This document shows positions 38,286 to 52,539 of a stretch of DNA of 64,000 nucleotides, in pieces. The stretch is taken from contig NC_068983.1 in NCBI RefSeq assembly GCF_001194135.2, positions 76,891,558 to 76,955,557 on the forward strand, written 5' to 3'. Made by a program: the position numbers and the translations under genes. How positions within the stretch are numbered: position 1 is the stretch's first letter; each line of letters starts with the position of its first letter. Origin of the DNA: Octopus bimaculoides. Lineage: Eukaryota. Under the pieces are notes generated by a model that was given only the letters and a program-made list of their open reading frames with translations, had not been told where the DNA came from and searched no databases.

Positions 38286-39188
38286 TTTTTTTAAAAATCA
38301 AAATGCTACTGTTTTTTTCATAGAATAGAGTTGTTTCAGTAAATTAAAAAATATTTTCTGAAATACATTTACCTGTCTGTATACCTTTGCTATAAGTTAT
38401 GATACTTCAACGTTCATGGCAAAATGTGGCCAATAAGCCAATAAAACGTCTCCGTCATGATTAGGTGAATGTACTCGGCTGAGCGTATACTCAAATTATG
38501 TGCTTTTGAATGTGAGTTAGTAATTCGTAAGAGGGCAAACACTATTTGTAACAAAGTCTTGTAAAATGTAGTTGAGTTTAAATCTCATTGATGACAAATG
38601 AGAACCATTTTAATCAGTGTCGGGCAATACTTTGAACAATAATACAGAAGTCAGATATATTGAAGGTTAATTAGTCGCCAAATGGACAAACATTTAGTCA
38701 AATGTCTAGAATACGATCTCCATTTAAATTATGTCATGTTTTGAAGAGATATGATATGTTTGGATTATTTTCTACTTTGGATTATTTTCGTGTAAGCTGG
38801 ATCATTAACATGTACACCTGCTTCATTCCCAGCAATTATATCTACAAATTTTCCTGATTGATTACACTGAATTTTTATAATTCCCTGAACATAAATGCGA
38901 TAGCAGTATGTGAAAAAGTGTGCTTATGTATGTATGTAATGATGTGTAGTATGTTTCTTTACTGAAGGTATATATTACACCAAAATATGCAATGGTCTTG
39001 TGAAATAAGCATCTCCTCTCCTACCACACATTTTCACACTGACATATTTGAATTTTTCTCTCTCTCATTCTCCCACTTTCTCTGTCTCTCAATTTCTGTT
39101 TCTTTTTCTGAATACATACATATGTAGATATATATAAACATACCCACATATGTATGTATGCATGTATGTATGTATGTATGTATGTATG

Positions 39189-39219
<31 letters not shown>

Positions 39220-39939
39220 ACATCTATCTATCCATATATATATATATATATNNNNNNNNNNNNNNNNNNNNNNNNNNNNNNNNNNNNNNNNNNNNNNNNN
39301 NNNNNNNNNNNNNNNNNNNNNNNNNNNNNNNNNNNNNNNNNNNNNNNNNNNNNNNNNNNNNNNNNNNNNNNNNNNNNNNNNNNNNNNNNNNNNNNNNNNN
39401 NNNNNNNNNNNNNNNNNNNNNNNNNNNNNNNNNNNNNNNNNNNNNNNNNNNNNNNNNNNNNNNNNNNNNNNNNNNNNNNNNNNNNNNNNNNNNNNNNNNN
39501 NNNNNNNNNNNNNNNNNNNNNNNNNNNNNNNNNNNNNNNNNNNNNNNNNNNNNNNNNNNNNNNNNNNNNNNNNNNNNNNNNNNNNNNNNNNNNNNNNNNN
39601 NNNNNNNNNNNNNNNNNNNATATATATATATATATACACACACACATTTGTTATACGCTATATCTTGATAATTGTCCATGAAATCCTACGCATAAAAAAA
39701 ACAAATTTTTTAAGACAGTTATGACAATTTTCATTCATGATCATCCAAATCTAGTATTAAAGCGATCCTACATATTTTAACATGTATACGTATAACTGAA
39801 CGTAGTCGTCAAAATGTAATTTATTGTACCGATTTTCTAGTAATGTTGAACTATTTACCTTTCAGCACCATCCACATTAAATGTGCTACTTCCAATCTCT
39901 TTTCTATATATTAATAATTAGCAACACAATAAAGGCATT

Positions 39940-40035
39940 AACCTGGCAGAATCGTTAGTATGCCGGACAAAATGCTGAATGTCATTTCGTCCATCTTCTC
40001 GCTGTGAATTCAAATTCCGCTAAGGTTAACTCTGC
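39940..40035 (+). mobile_element. SINE 5' fragment (family of 53903-54141)
   Basis: CTGGCAGAATCGTTAG.A.GCCGGACAAAATGCT...TTCAAATTCCGC..AGGT.AACT.TGCCTTTC. Confidence 0.8.
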
Positions 40036-40699
40036 CTTTCGTCGTTACTCAAAAATCTTTCATGATCTTGTAAGGAGATGAACTAAACATCGTGTGTCTG
40101 AAACGGCATGGAACGTTAGGATGTGATCATCTTTTTGAGTTGACTATCGCAACTTACACTCTGTACTCGTCCAAATATATTTTTATTAAACATGAATGTG
40201 CATTTCTATACATATATCTACAGACATACATATTTAACATTAAAAAATACTTTATCTGGCAAATGAAAATGAGGAATCTTTAATGACACAGGAAAACAAA
40301 ATTAAAATTTTATTATTATGCGTCAATGCAATGTCTTTTTTTTTTTGCCTAAATCTTCTTCAAAAATATTTTTTCCATAGCAAAACTGTGTTTCTATAAA
40401 TTAACATAATTATACATTCGGTAATGTCAAAATCCATCTCTATATATTTAATTAGTTATATTCGTTCTAATCAAATTAAACACAAAAAAACAAAAACAGT
40501 AATTCAAACAATTATGGCATTACATTTAAACATTAGGCCAAAATTATCTAGATTTCAAAAGCATTTTAACTATAAATATTCACAAAATTTTAATCTGATT
40601 TCCGTAATTCTTTCCAGCGTTAGAAACAAGACAAACAATACCATTTTTTTCTATAGTTCCCTCAAGTAAAGAACAAACAAAATATTATATACTTGTGAT

Positions 40700-40830
40700 A
40701 GCTGAATGGGCTGTTGCAAAGATGAATGCACGGTTTTGCTGAAGAACCCAACGACTGCTTCAGTAATCGAAACCACGACCTTACGATGAAAAATATAACA
40801 TTGTAACCTCTAAATCTCGCTCTTTCACAG
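40700..40830 (-). mobile_element. tRNA-derived SINE head fragment
   Basis: Minus strand ATCGTAAGGTCGTGGTTTCGATT (B-box-like), followed by TTCTTCAGCAAAAC as in 49500-49692. Confidence 0.55.
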
Positions 40831-41074
40831 ACATTCTCACAGACACAGTAGCACGCATATGTGTTTTAAAACTCTGCCGATGTGTTAATTTATAATCTTG
40901 ACAAGTCGTGAATCGGCGTATTCTATCATTTAAAAGATTTTTGTTCAAATGACCAGTCTCAAATGAAATTGCAGAATCCTGGTTTTAATTTGGTTATATT
41001 TGTTTCAGCACGATGAACGACTCTCCTACACCATTGTTTATTACCATTTGTTTTTATATTATATATTATATATT

Positions 41075-41150
41075 CCATATTCTATATCCCATATTAATTT
41101 TACAGGAATATAAATAAAACATAAAAAACAGACAGAGCTGGAACTCTTTT
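41075..41150 (+). repeat. Dispersed repeat shared with 55200-55295
   Basis: CAGGAATATAAATAAAACATAAAA.ACAGACAG.G.TGGAACTCTTTTAAA occurs at both loci. Confidence 0.8.
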
Positions 41151-41151
41151 A

Positions 41152-41230
<79 letters not shown>

Positions 41231-41850
41231 TACGCACTTCAGGTTAGTTGAAATATATTTGAGACATTCTAATAGCAAAAGGCATATTCACTAGATTTAC
41301 CGTGGAGGAAAAATTCCCTCGTATGGTATGGCAAAAGGCGGAAAACACCACATCTCCTAAGCGTTTCCCAGTACGGATTCCCAGTCGATTGTTTGTGGCT
41401 CCTTAGACTTTCTCAATGGAAAATACTGAAAGGAGATAACCCTGGCCAGGCTCAAAACCATAGCTTTTTCTAAAAACTGTCAACATTGATTTTGAAAGTG
41501 CCCACGGTTTTCTCTCTTTGTTATTTCCCATGCAGTAAAAGTACACAGCCAGAAGCAGCCGTCTGGGAATGAGATAGGCGTCCACTTTTACACATTTCAA
41601 CATATAATCGACATTTTTCTCTGCTTTCCTCTAATGGTCCTCTGTTCTTAATCTCTGGTTGGCGCAGATAGCGTGAGTCGAACACATTGACGTTGTAAAA
41701 GAGATAAGTTCTTCTGTGATGAAGAATTGAGCGACCAGCATGTTTTGCATCAAAATTTGCCTAGGTGCATTAAGAACAAATATGCAAATAATCGATTAAG
41801 ATCTTGCTGTACACGCTGCAAATACACACACGCATGTACGCACGCACACA

Positions 41851-41897
<47 letters not shown>

Positions 41898-42287
41898 AAA
41901 CGTGTATGTGTATGTATGGATGATGTATTGATGGAGCATGAATACCCTTTGGGAGCTTTTGTATTTTAAATGGTTTGAGGCTTCTTTTTATCAAAAGATT
42001 TAGTCATCCAGTTGCAAGTAAAATCTGTTGTTTAGTCCGGAAATTCGTCCGTTCTGAACGACGTAAACTTGACCATCACGAGAAGATTCAATCATCTTTA
42101 TAACACAGCGCCATGATATGAAGGTGCAAATCAGTGCAGGATCCCAACCAACAGTCGTTTGATGACGAACCCAACTATATAATCTCTAGGACAGCATAAT
42201 ACATGCACGCACGATGATACATGTATAGCCACACACACACATATATATATATGCAGATATACTCACACACTCACGCATATATGCACG

Positions 42288-42329
<42 letters not shown>

Positions 42330-42999
42330 TTATCTGCATGTGTGCACGGGTGCGTGAGTGCTTCCGTGAGTGAGGATATATATATGCGTGAAAGTGCGGT
42401 AGCCGAAAACAATGAAGTTGATTACGTACAGATAAAATAAAATAAATCAATTTATTATATTTAGGTGCGAATTAACTGTCTGCATATGTTATAGATTTCA
42501 TATGTGAAATTATACTGAATAAACCTAACGGTCATAATTGAATTCTACATTGGTTAATTAAGATAAACTGTTTCATTAAATGATCTGTAACTTGCAATGA
42601 ATATATAGTAGCTTGTAGAGGCTCTAACATTGTTCAATGTGGTACTAATAGTATTTCTGTATGGAAGTAGTTGAGATATGCATTTATTTTTTAAATTTCT
42701 ATTCTAACAATTAATTTTTACATTTATATACTGTTAGTTCAGGTTAACTAAATCACCGATATGGTGCTGGAATACACACGCCACTCCGCAGCTCATAGTT
42801 TGCGTACTCCTACTTGACGAAATGGGCTTGTTTTCCACTATGTCAAATCTTTGACGTAGAGTACAATTAAAATTGACAACATTAAATATACATCTATACT
42901 GCATTGCACATCCGAGGTTCTAATTCTAGAGAGAAACGAGTTATAAAATGCTTCCAGCTAAATTGAATAACGAAAGCAAAATCAGTTAAAGATGAATGG

Positions 43000-43790
43000 C
43001 CAGCATCATGCTCTATCAATTTCGCGTCCTCCAGCTCATCTTCGTCTGAGTGGACGTACAAAAAATGTGATCCCTTCCACGAATGTTGCTGGTTTTGTAT
43101 GTATTTTTATGAAAAACTTTAGGGTTCGGCATCCGTAGAACGCAGAGCTTATCCTACTGAGTCTCTTCGGAAAATCGTCACAAAGTATGCTTTTACGTTA
43201 CGGAGGTATATTTGCAGTGCCTCATCTTGCTGGCAGGGTAACTGCGCGTCTTGAATGTCCTCCCGAATGCATTAATGTTAGATTGTCGCATTCCAGGAAG
43301 GCAGTTCCAGTTCATCCAGTGTTGTCTTGAAGTTGACATCTTTGAGTACTTCTCTAATTTGGGGTGCGACAATGATATCCTTGTTCACCTTCGCCTGTGT
43401 GATTTTGAGAAACTGTTCTACAATATACTCAAACCTTCTAGCATTTCTCTTCCCTAGTGTCTTTACAAACTGTTTGATCAGTCCAAGCTTTATGTGAAAA
43501 TGAGGCAGTAGGACATTACATGGATCTACACGAGGTGTATTCTAGACAGTCCTCACTGGTATAATGTTATTGTTTGTCATTGCCCGATTATTCCATAGGC
43601 ACACGAAACAACAGCATTTTGTGAAATCTGATTGCATTCCCGTTAACATTCTAATGACCTTTAAATCTCTACATATTTTCCATGAGTATCTTTCATAGGC
43701 AATGGCATCAAGTTAAAATTCCATATTCTCATATGATTCATGAAGATGAACGGAGTGTGCAATAGCAACGGAGGGCGTAAAAGTACCATT
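43000..43790 (-). mobile_element. Decayed DNA-transposase relic (KLGLxKxFVK family; Sola-like, superfamily tentative)
   Basis: KICRDLKVIRMLTGMQSDFTKCCCFVCLWNNRA and FHIKLGLIKQFVKTL. Confidence 0.75.
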
Positions 43791-44494
43791 ATGGAGAAGT
43801 ACAGTTTTTAAACTTCGTTTGGAAGAGTCAATAAACTAACGCCACACTGCAGGATCATGATTTTGTGGTAAACATTCGAAATTTACATATATAAGATGCA
43901 TAAATAATACACTGGCTGACAAAATGGATAAATGAATTTAGAATTTCATAGTCAGTTTGAAATGTAGTGTAAAATATAAGCATGAAATATTAAGGATACG
44001 TTTCACAATCTCTACAATAAATATACTTTTACTTATTAACATTGCATCTTCCTGAAAGCAGGAATAAAATTATATGTCTATATTCCATTTCCTTTAGAGT
44101 TTAATCAGATAGAAAAACAGATTTCCTTCGTTCAAAAATGACTTGTTCACAGATATTTGTGGAGGAAACATGCTAGGATACTTGTAAACGAGTTAGTTTA
44201 CATTACTGAGTAGAAAAATTGGTTAAGCTCAAATTGTCTCTTAATGAAAACTTATACTTTGCACATATTACATTACCTTTGAAATGTAATATAATTTCTG
44301 ATGTGAAATGTGAATTTACAGTCTCTGGAAAATCAGATGGTCCATTTTAAATGAATTCACGTTTGTGTACATATAATTTTTGAAGGTCCAAATCTTTGAC
44401 TGGCCAGAAAACGAAGGTTTTGTTTCTCAGGAATCCCTAAGATATATCAAGACAGATCAATCCCGACTTTAGATCGAGCTACGAATTAAATCGA

Positions 44495-44684
44495 CACTTT
44501 CATTGCGATAATAGACGCTATTTCATTGATAACAAATGCGAAATTCTAATACTTGATATATTGTAGCTACATATGCGTAGATATAGATACACCTTCATTG
44601 CGATAATAGACGTTATTTCATTGACAACAAATACGAAATTCTAATACTTGATATATTGTAGCTACATATGCGTAGATATAGATA
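44495..44684. repeat. Two-copy 95-bp tandem duplication
   Basis: CATTGCGATAATAGACG at 44501 and 44596; near-identical units. Confidence 0.9.
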
Positions 44685-45019
44685 TAACCCACCCATCAGT
44701 ACATCCATATTATATAGTATAACAAATAAATAATATTTTAAAATCATCTTAACCACTTGAGAAATACATACATAAGCTTAGAAATATTACTTGAAAAATC
44801 CATAGAAATATTTTGCCTCCCAGTTTAATTAATTTCTTTTAACGATTTTGAAATGTCCTCATTCAATTTAATTATGCTAATCGATGAGGAAATTATCGAT
44901 GAGTACCTTATGGTCAACTGATATCATATTAAGTTATGTAACACCTGGTATTTTTACTTTTTATTTTATTATCTGACCAAAATACTCCAAGTGCATAATA
45001 TATTCAACTTACACCAGTT

Positions 45020-46600
45020 AAGAAAGTAGAATGTTTCTGTTGAGGAAAAATTGAACATGTAAAAGTGCATTGTAAAATTAAGATGAAAAAACGCTGGAAC
45101 TAAGAAAAGAGTAATCTAGATATCGTCGAAAGAAAATGGTTTTGTGACAAACAAAAAATTCGTAACTGTGAAAACTGAAATATAAGAGTAAAAATGAAGT
45201 TAGATAGTTGAAGTGGCATTACCATTGTGAATGAAGAACTTTGGAAGTGTATAGGTAAACCAAAATCAAGTAAATCTAGAAAAGTAGCACACGGTGTTAC
45301 GGGTAAAAGGTTGTATTTTTTCAGTGAATTTTGCGTAATGTGACACTTCGTGACCAAATAAATAAGGCAAAAGTATATGTGTTAAAAAGTCAGTAAATTT
45401 GTTCGGCACAGAGTGGATGGAACTGTGCAAATTGTGGAATACGCCCATAAATGCTTTGTGGGAATATAGTCGGCTTTGTCGAAGGATCCAATACGGCTGA
45501 AGGATTGAAACGAAAAATAGAACATTTATTTCCAGACGTTTTCTGGGATGAAATGGGCTACTACACGAATACGAATGCAACAATTGTAGTAAAACAAAGT
45601 GCAACATCTGCATTTAAGCCAAAACGTAAAGTACTGTTCACGGCGCTATAACATTTAAATAAGGTACTTGAAAGACCAAAAAGCCTAATAATAATAGAGA
45701 AGACGGATCTCTCAGTTTGGCCAGTACATATGGTCTACGTAAAAAAGAAAATGTTACGTGTTTGTGAAGATTTTTCAATGGGTTTAAACGATTGTTACAG
45801 CTCACATAACTACCTATTGCGAAGTCCTGAAGAAGTGTTCGCAAATATAATTGGAGGAAAACTCTTCTCAAAATTAGACATCTCGGGGCATACTTACAAA
45901 TCGAATTAGAACACTCACACTTATAAGCCAATTAATACACACCGTGGCTTATTTCAATTTTAACGGCTTCTCTTCAGTGTAAAAGTGGCTCCTTCCATAT
46001 TTCAACAAATAATGGATACAATGCTGGTGGACTTGGATTTTGCTTTCACCTATATAGACGATACTCTATTTAGACGATACTCTATTTAGACGATACTCTA
46101 TTTAGACGATACCAATATTTTGCGTGTGAAGGTCTACACCTAAGAAAAATCTGCCTATTTAAAAAAGTAGAATGTTGTAGAAAAATTGGACATGTAAAAA
46201 GAAAAGAGTAAACTAGATATCGTCGAAAGAAAGTGATTATGTGACAAAGAAATTCGTAAGTGTGAAAACTGAAATATAAGAGTAAAAATGCAGTTAGATA
46301 GTTGAAGTGTCATTACCATTGTGAGTGAAGAAACTTTGAAGTATATAGGTAAGCCAAAATCAAGTAAATCAAGTAAATCACGAACAGCTTGTAGAGCACG
46401 TTAAAAGGGTCTTCGAAAAGATAAGGGAATACGCTTCTCAGCTAAGTGAAGATAAATGCGTGTTTTTTTCTGAAAGAAAAAAAAGAAGTTAAATACTTGG
46501 GCCAGATAATATATAAAAGCGTACGGAAACTGGGTCCATTCAGAGTAACTGCGATAAGGAATATATATAATGCAATGATGAGGATATGAAAACCACATTC
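45020..46600 (+). mobile_element. Ty3/Gypsy gag-protease-RT relic with an internal duplication
   Basis: Zinc knuckle CFC*GKIEHVKVHC, protease MKLDS..ITIVNEELW, RT GGKLFSKLDIS...APSIFQQIMDTMLVDLDFAFTYIDD, then KYLGQII. 46160-46380 repeats 45020-45285. Confidence 0.9.
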
Positions 46601-48748
46601 CATCGTGTGGATAAAATGCATGCTTGGTAATTTCGCTTAAACTGAAAATTTCAATAAATTATAAACGTAAATCAAACAGACCACAGACCGAATAGGAGGT
46701 GAAAAGTCCGACGCCGACCGAGACAACGAATAAGATAAATATACAATGGAATATGTAGAAGAAAGAAGTTGTACTGCGTATAAATATAGTTTGAAAGTAG
46801 ATAAAATGAATAAACTATAATGAAATTAAACATAAACAAATAAATGAACGACAGGAAATTTGAGGAAAAAATGTAGGATTTATTACATTTATTTTCCCTT
46901 ACATTAGATATTGAGAACAGCACCAAAAACATTTATTCATATATTCAATGCCTGAAACAGATTTGTATAAACATGTGTAAATACAAATGCAGTATGGAAA
47001 ACGATGTTTTAAATGAATATTTATTTGTACGAAACTGCAAAGCAAGCCTGAAAATGTGGTGATATATATCCTGCATCGTATATATTTCTCTTATTCGAAA
47101 TGCATACTCATTTTTTTTTGTATATTGCCATAAAAGCATGCAAAACGATCTGGCTTGCATGTCAGGTCGTTCTACATAATTTAGTGGTAATATACAAGAA
47201 CCCACATAATTCGTTACATGCTCGATGACCGTTAACTAAAGAGTCATCCTCAATTGACTTGTTTGTCGAAGACATGTTTGTGTACCCAGCATGATGAAGA
47301 AAATAGTTGTCAAAAGGACAGAAGAATCACATATATGTAACATGTAGTCCAAATATGTATACACATTGATGGAACATTTTTTTTATTAAAGCATATTTCT
47401 TTTCAGAATTTAATACAACCTATATTAGTTAGTGAACCTTTTCAATGTCTCTTTTCAAAATGATGACCACTCATGTCCAGACAATGCTGACAAGAAGGGG
47501 CAATGGGATTGCAAACATCGGTGTTTCACTCAGTTTTTTTCGCCTTCTCGTTCGATGGTTGCTCTTAAATTGTCAATTCTTACCGGCATTATTTTGTTAG
47601 TATTTCAATAAGAAAAATCTATTAATGTGAGGTACAGTAAACGCAGAAGGTATTCTACGGAACCTCCTTTATCTGTTTGTCAACACCTTATCAACGTAGG
47701 CCCTTAACGTAGAAATAAAATAAATTTCATTTGATTACTTGCCAGGACAGATTATCACAGCAACTTCAAATAAATGAGACCATTCACATTATCTTAAAAA
47801 CAGGACGGTCCATTTAATCTTTTTGATGTTGAGGTGCTCCATGGTGTTTTTTTTTTTTTTTTTTTTTGGTAATGATGTATCTCTGTAATATGCAGTTTCT
47901 CAGATTCGCAATTGTGATGCTTATAGAAACCATTTTTATTCAAATGAAGTTGCATTATTCCAAGCAACTTTTGTCAGTACGCATGTACCATTTATTTCTG
48001 GACCATTGCAGCGTGCAGCGCTTCTCTCGACCACAGGTTCATAAGATGGTTGTGATCTGTAAACAGTTTTGAGAAGGAACTGGAAAAAGGGGAATGAACA
48101 TGCAACCTGCATGTGCACACTGAATCCGTAAAACGGAAGAGAAGGTTAAAAACGCAATGTCAAACTAGTGACATGATGGACTGCATACCACATCTTACAC
48201 TACTGTCACTCAATTTTGCTGCAATACACGCGCAAAACCTTTCCCATCGTTCCAGATTATTTACATTGTGTGTAAGGGTAATTTGTGGAAAGTAACGTAT
48301 CAATACTGCACTTCAAAATGCGGGAGACGCTTAATTTTGTAATTCCAATTTCACGGGTGCCTAAGTGCTGCTCAAAATTTTGTACATTAGTCATATGTTT
48401 ATAGTAACTTTGCTTGCCTTGTGGAGCTCATCGAGGACAGTTGTATACTAGGATGTTTTTCGTGAACATTCTATACAATGTGTCACATAGGTCGACCTGT
48501 CTGAAACATCTCCTAAACTCTCATTTGAATTCGAATGAATTTAAACATTACTAATTGTATTTTAGGATAAATTTTCATTCTTCAAAACTTTGTTCTGCTC
48601 CTTTCGTTGTTTGTATTATTTATAATGGATGAAATGGGAAAAGAACTGAAAATTAAGTGAGATCCCAGACTTTTAGGCGTGCGTAAATTACTTCCGCCTC
48701 TGTTCATGTCTGGCAGTCTCTTTGTCTTATTGTCTGTTTGTCTATGGC

Positions 48749-48815
<67 letters not shown>

Positions 48816-48819
48816 ATAC

Positions 48820-48877
<58 letters not shown>

Positions 48878-49499
48878 GTGTGCATTATAACGAATTCAAG
48901 CAGTATCAGACTAAAATAGCCAGTCATGAATCATACTTAATGTAATTACACCGTGGTACGCAAATATGTGTATGAGTGTATTCATACATGTCCTTTTCTT
49001 TCTTTTTCATTTATTGTCTATTTTAACTCCTTTCCTCAATCGGTGGCACAATTGTAAATGAGAGTTGTTTTTCTAAGATTGTTCTTTTCTGTAACTCTTT
49101 TCTTTAGGTATTCAACCATTCATATATATATTTTAAAATATTTTCCTCGATGTTGCTGTCCCAGATACTGTTATCGTATGTATCGTATCTGTTATGGCCC
49201 TGCGTACTTCCTTCAAGTATCAATATTCAACCATAGTTTTATCCAATTGTCTGGTGCAAGTCCTCTCACTCCATCAGTAATGGATATTGCATTTTAAGCG
49301 TTGTTTCGATGCTGCAATGATCTCTTTGTTTTGGTGTGTAGAAGATGAAGTTTCTATTACTTTTTTCACTGGAATATTATCTGACTGGTTTTCTCCAATT
49401 TGAGACCCGGTCAGAATTCTTCCAACGGACAGGATTCTATTAATGACATCCCAAAACTAGCTGAGCGCCTCAACGCACGTGTAGAACACACGTACCCCT

Positions 49500-49692
49500 A
49501 TTAACGAAGAGCTATACAATATCCAATTTCCATTAAACTTCAACAAATACATAACTCTCTATGTAGAGTGTGATATATCTATCACAGCTGTATTTTGCAC
49601 AAGAACGTAACACATAACCCAGGCCAAGAATTGAAACTACAATCTTACGATTATGAATGTAACACTTTAACAACTAAGCGATGTGCTTCCAC
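49500..49692 (-). mobile_element. Decayed tRNA-derived SINE
   Basis: Minus strand GCTTAGTTGTTAAAGTG...ATCGTAAGATTGTAGTTTCAATTC (degenerate A and B boxes). Confidence 0.6.
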
Positions 49693-49920
49693 TACGTAAC
49701 AAGCGATGTTGCAAATATTTGAATAATGCTTGAGATTATTATCCAGTAAAATATGGGTAAAAAGTTCTCTCTGCTTTTCAAATCCTAACATGCAAAAGTA
49801 GCACTTTATCAATGGAGCTTAGCAGGGACCATGTTAGGAAGAGCAGCTGCAAAGTGAAGCTTCTAGCTTCGATACCCTAAGTTTTTCTGTGACTATATTA
49901 GTTGCTATATAGATACAGGG

Positions 49921-50297
49921 AGGCTCAATGGCCCAGTGGTTAGGGCAGCGGAATCGCGGTCATAGGATCGCGGTTTCGATTCCCAGACCGGGCGTTGTAA
50001 GTGTTTATTGAGTGAAAACACCTAAAGCTCCACGAGGCTCCGGCAGGGGATGGTGGTGAACCCTGCTGTACTCTTCCACAACAACTTTCTCTCACTCTTA
50101 CTTCCTGTTTCTGCTGTGCCTGTATTTCAAGTGGTCAGCCTTGTCACACTGTGTCACGCTGAATATCCCCGAGAACTACGTTAAGGGTACACGTGTAAGT
50201 GGAGTGCTCAGCCACTTGCACGTTAATTTCACGAGCAGGCTGTTCCGTTGATCGGATCAACTGGAACCCTCGACGTCATAAGCGACGGAGTGCCAAC
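49921..50297 (+). mobile_element. Full-length tRNA-derived SINE with a 12-bp target-site duplication
   Basis: A box TGGCCCAGTGG and B box GGTTTCGATTCCC. TSD ATAG(A/T)TACAGGG at 49909-49920 and 50298-50309. Confidence 0.9.
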
Positions 50298-50302
50298 ATA
50301 GT

Positions 50303-50580
50303 TACAGGGGTGCGGACGGTATTCGTTCGCAGTGTTCAACTGCGAGTTTTACGTATGTTTCTTTTATATTCGTTGTCGGTCTTTTTCTTCTTAATAACCA
50401 TTTTTGCTTTATTTTCTTTTTTTTATTTCTTAACATCTCACCCCAATTTATGAAACATGGAGTCCTCTGGGGAATCTGTACTAGAAAGACAAAGAAGGAG
50501 ATTTCAAACTTCCTCAACGTCAGCAGACGCATAGCGGAAAACGTTACAAATAAGTTGGAAGATTCAGGATTCAATTACGA
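50303..50580 (+). mobile_element. 5' end of a maT/Tc1-type transposon
   Basis: TA|CAGGGGTGCGGACGG TIR-like start and N-terminal HTH relic RKTKKEISNFLNVSRRIAENVTNKLEDSG. Confidence 0.65.
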
Positions 50581-50849
50581 AGTGACAGCAGAAATGTAAT
50601 CGACTTATCACTCCCCCGAAATTGCTGGCCTAATTCCAAAATTTGAAATCAATATCCTGATGCATGCATTTAGTTAAATTATATAGTCTAGCTCAAATGT
50701 CATTCAATCAAATAAATAACAATCTGTGTATTTACACAATCCTTACATATATGAATGGTATTTTCCTCAAACACTCCGTACATGCTTTTTATGCTGACGA
50801 ACATATTTCCTATTATAGTTTGAACTTCTAGCATTAGGGCAACAATTTT

Positions 50850-50940
50850 AGTAGAGGGATTAGTCGATTACGTCGACCCTAGTTCTTGAATGGTACTTAT
50901 TTTATCGATCCCAAATGGATGAAAGGCAAATTCAACCGAT
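50850..50940 (-). mobile_element. SINE fragment (family of 53903-54141)
   Basis: AGTCGATTAC.TCGACCC.AGT...TTTATCGA.CCC..A.GGATGAAAGGCAAA. Confidence 0.8.
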
Positions 50941-51718
50941 CTCCTCCGTAATACAAATGAGTTACATATACCAATCATTTCTTTAGGCAAATCCACTGTC
51001 ATGACACGCATTATGACAAACTTTTACTATTTACTTCAATGCTCGTATTGAAGAGTGATACTCTTTATACATAGTTAACATTTCGAATTAAAGCAGCCAC
51101 TTTAAAAGTTACGTTTTGCCAGATAAGGCGCAGGTTACGAAATACATTTTCTGTAGGTGTTACATAACTAGGCAAGTTTCGTTGATATTAAATCTGACAT
51201 TAAATATCATATATCTACCTTTATGAAAACATTTATAAGCTATTAGAAAATATAGTGAATTACTTTATAAATAATATAGCTCCGTGTCTGGCTATAGCAA
51301 TCATAAGGGGAAAACTAAGATATATAGCAATTTTCGTAAAATATTTTTCTATAAGCTTTTATATTAAACGCAATTTTTTTGAGTCTGAAAAACAGAGGAT
51401 ATATAAAACACAAGCATATATACTTGTACAGAAATATCTTGTACACAAGAAAAATATATAAATTTGTCTCTTTTTGCATAAATTTTAATATTTTTCGCTT
51501 TAAACGAAATGAATGGCGGTGAATCTACGTGAGTAGGTAAATCATCATTAAAATAAGTGGTTTTCATGACAGAAATGAAAATATTGATAGTGATTTACTG
51601 ATACGTTAAAAAAAAAAACGTAGTGCATATATTCTTTCTCTATAATTTTCGGTAACTTTTCACGCATACACACGGGACTGATTATACACACACACGCGCA
51701 CACATACACACACGCACG

Positions 51719-51749
<31 letters not shown>

Positions 51750-51780
51750 ACACACACACACACACATACACACACACACA

Positions 51781-51875
51781 TTGTTATATTTCGGGATGTT
51801 CATTTTTTGCCAAATACCTTTATTATTGTTTGAACTTATTCGTCACACGGTCTGTAACCTCTCCAGTGACATTCC
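51781..51875 (+). repeat. Further copy of the TGTTATATTTCGGGA family
   Basis: TGTTATATTTCGGGATGTTCATTTTTTGCCAAATA...TTCGTCACACGGTCTGTAACCTCTCCAG. Confidence 0.8.
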
Positions 51876-52539
51876 ATCACAATTGTCTCAAGCTATCGGC
51901 TTCACTAAATGTTTACAGGCAGAATTGTTTGCGGGCGGTGAATACAGGGAAATTCTGTTTTACGTCTCCGGAGACCGTTAGAGGAATGAAGGCTAATTCA
52001 ATACTGCAGTTTCAAATATTTCGGATCACGTGCGTTAGCGCGAGTCCGACTAATTAGTTTCAGTTGAATCTAACATTTATGACCAAATTTTAGAATATCC
52101 GCAAACATCTCTCTTTGTAAATATTCGGTGAAGCTCTACATAGCATCGATAGCTTACGGGCTGCTATTTCCAGCAGCGATCGTACTTCGTGTACATCCGC
52201 TTTGTATATTTGTAATTTTACCTTTTATGGCGCTTTATTTTTGTTGGATAGTAATATTATTATAAATAATATTTATATTCCTTGCATATCTTGATGAAGT
52301 GCGTGTGTGTATGTGTGTGTGCGTATGCGTGTGTGCGTTTGTGCATGTGTTTGGAAACATGCCCATGTTTATACCGTGTATCTTCAATGTTTTGCATTGA
52401 AGAACAAAATTCTGTTATTGCATTAGAGAACGTTAGTATAAACTTACAAACTACAAAAACTCGCAAAGCTCAGAACATATCAATGCCACACATAAACACC
52501 TGCATATTTAAAGATACTAGCATTTTTTCCGATATTTGA

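Noticed and set aside
49921-49995. tRNA gene
   Set aside because: A and B boxes are present, but the sequence continues into a ~375-bp SINE body with a TSD and has no proper acceptor stem.
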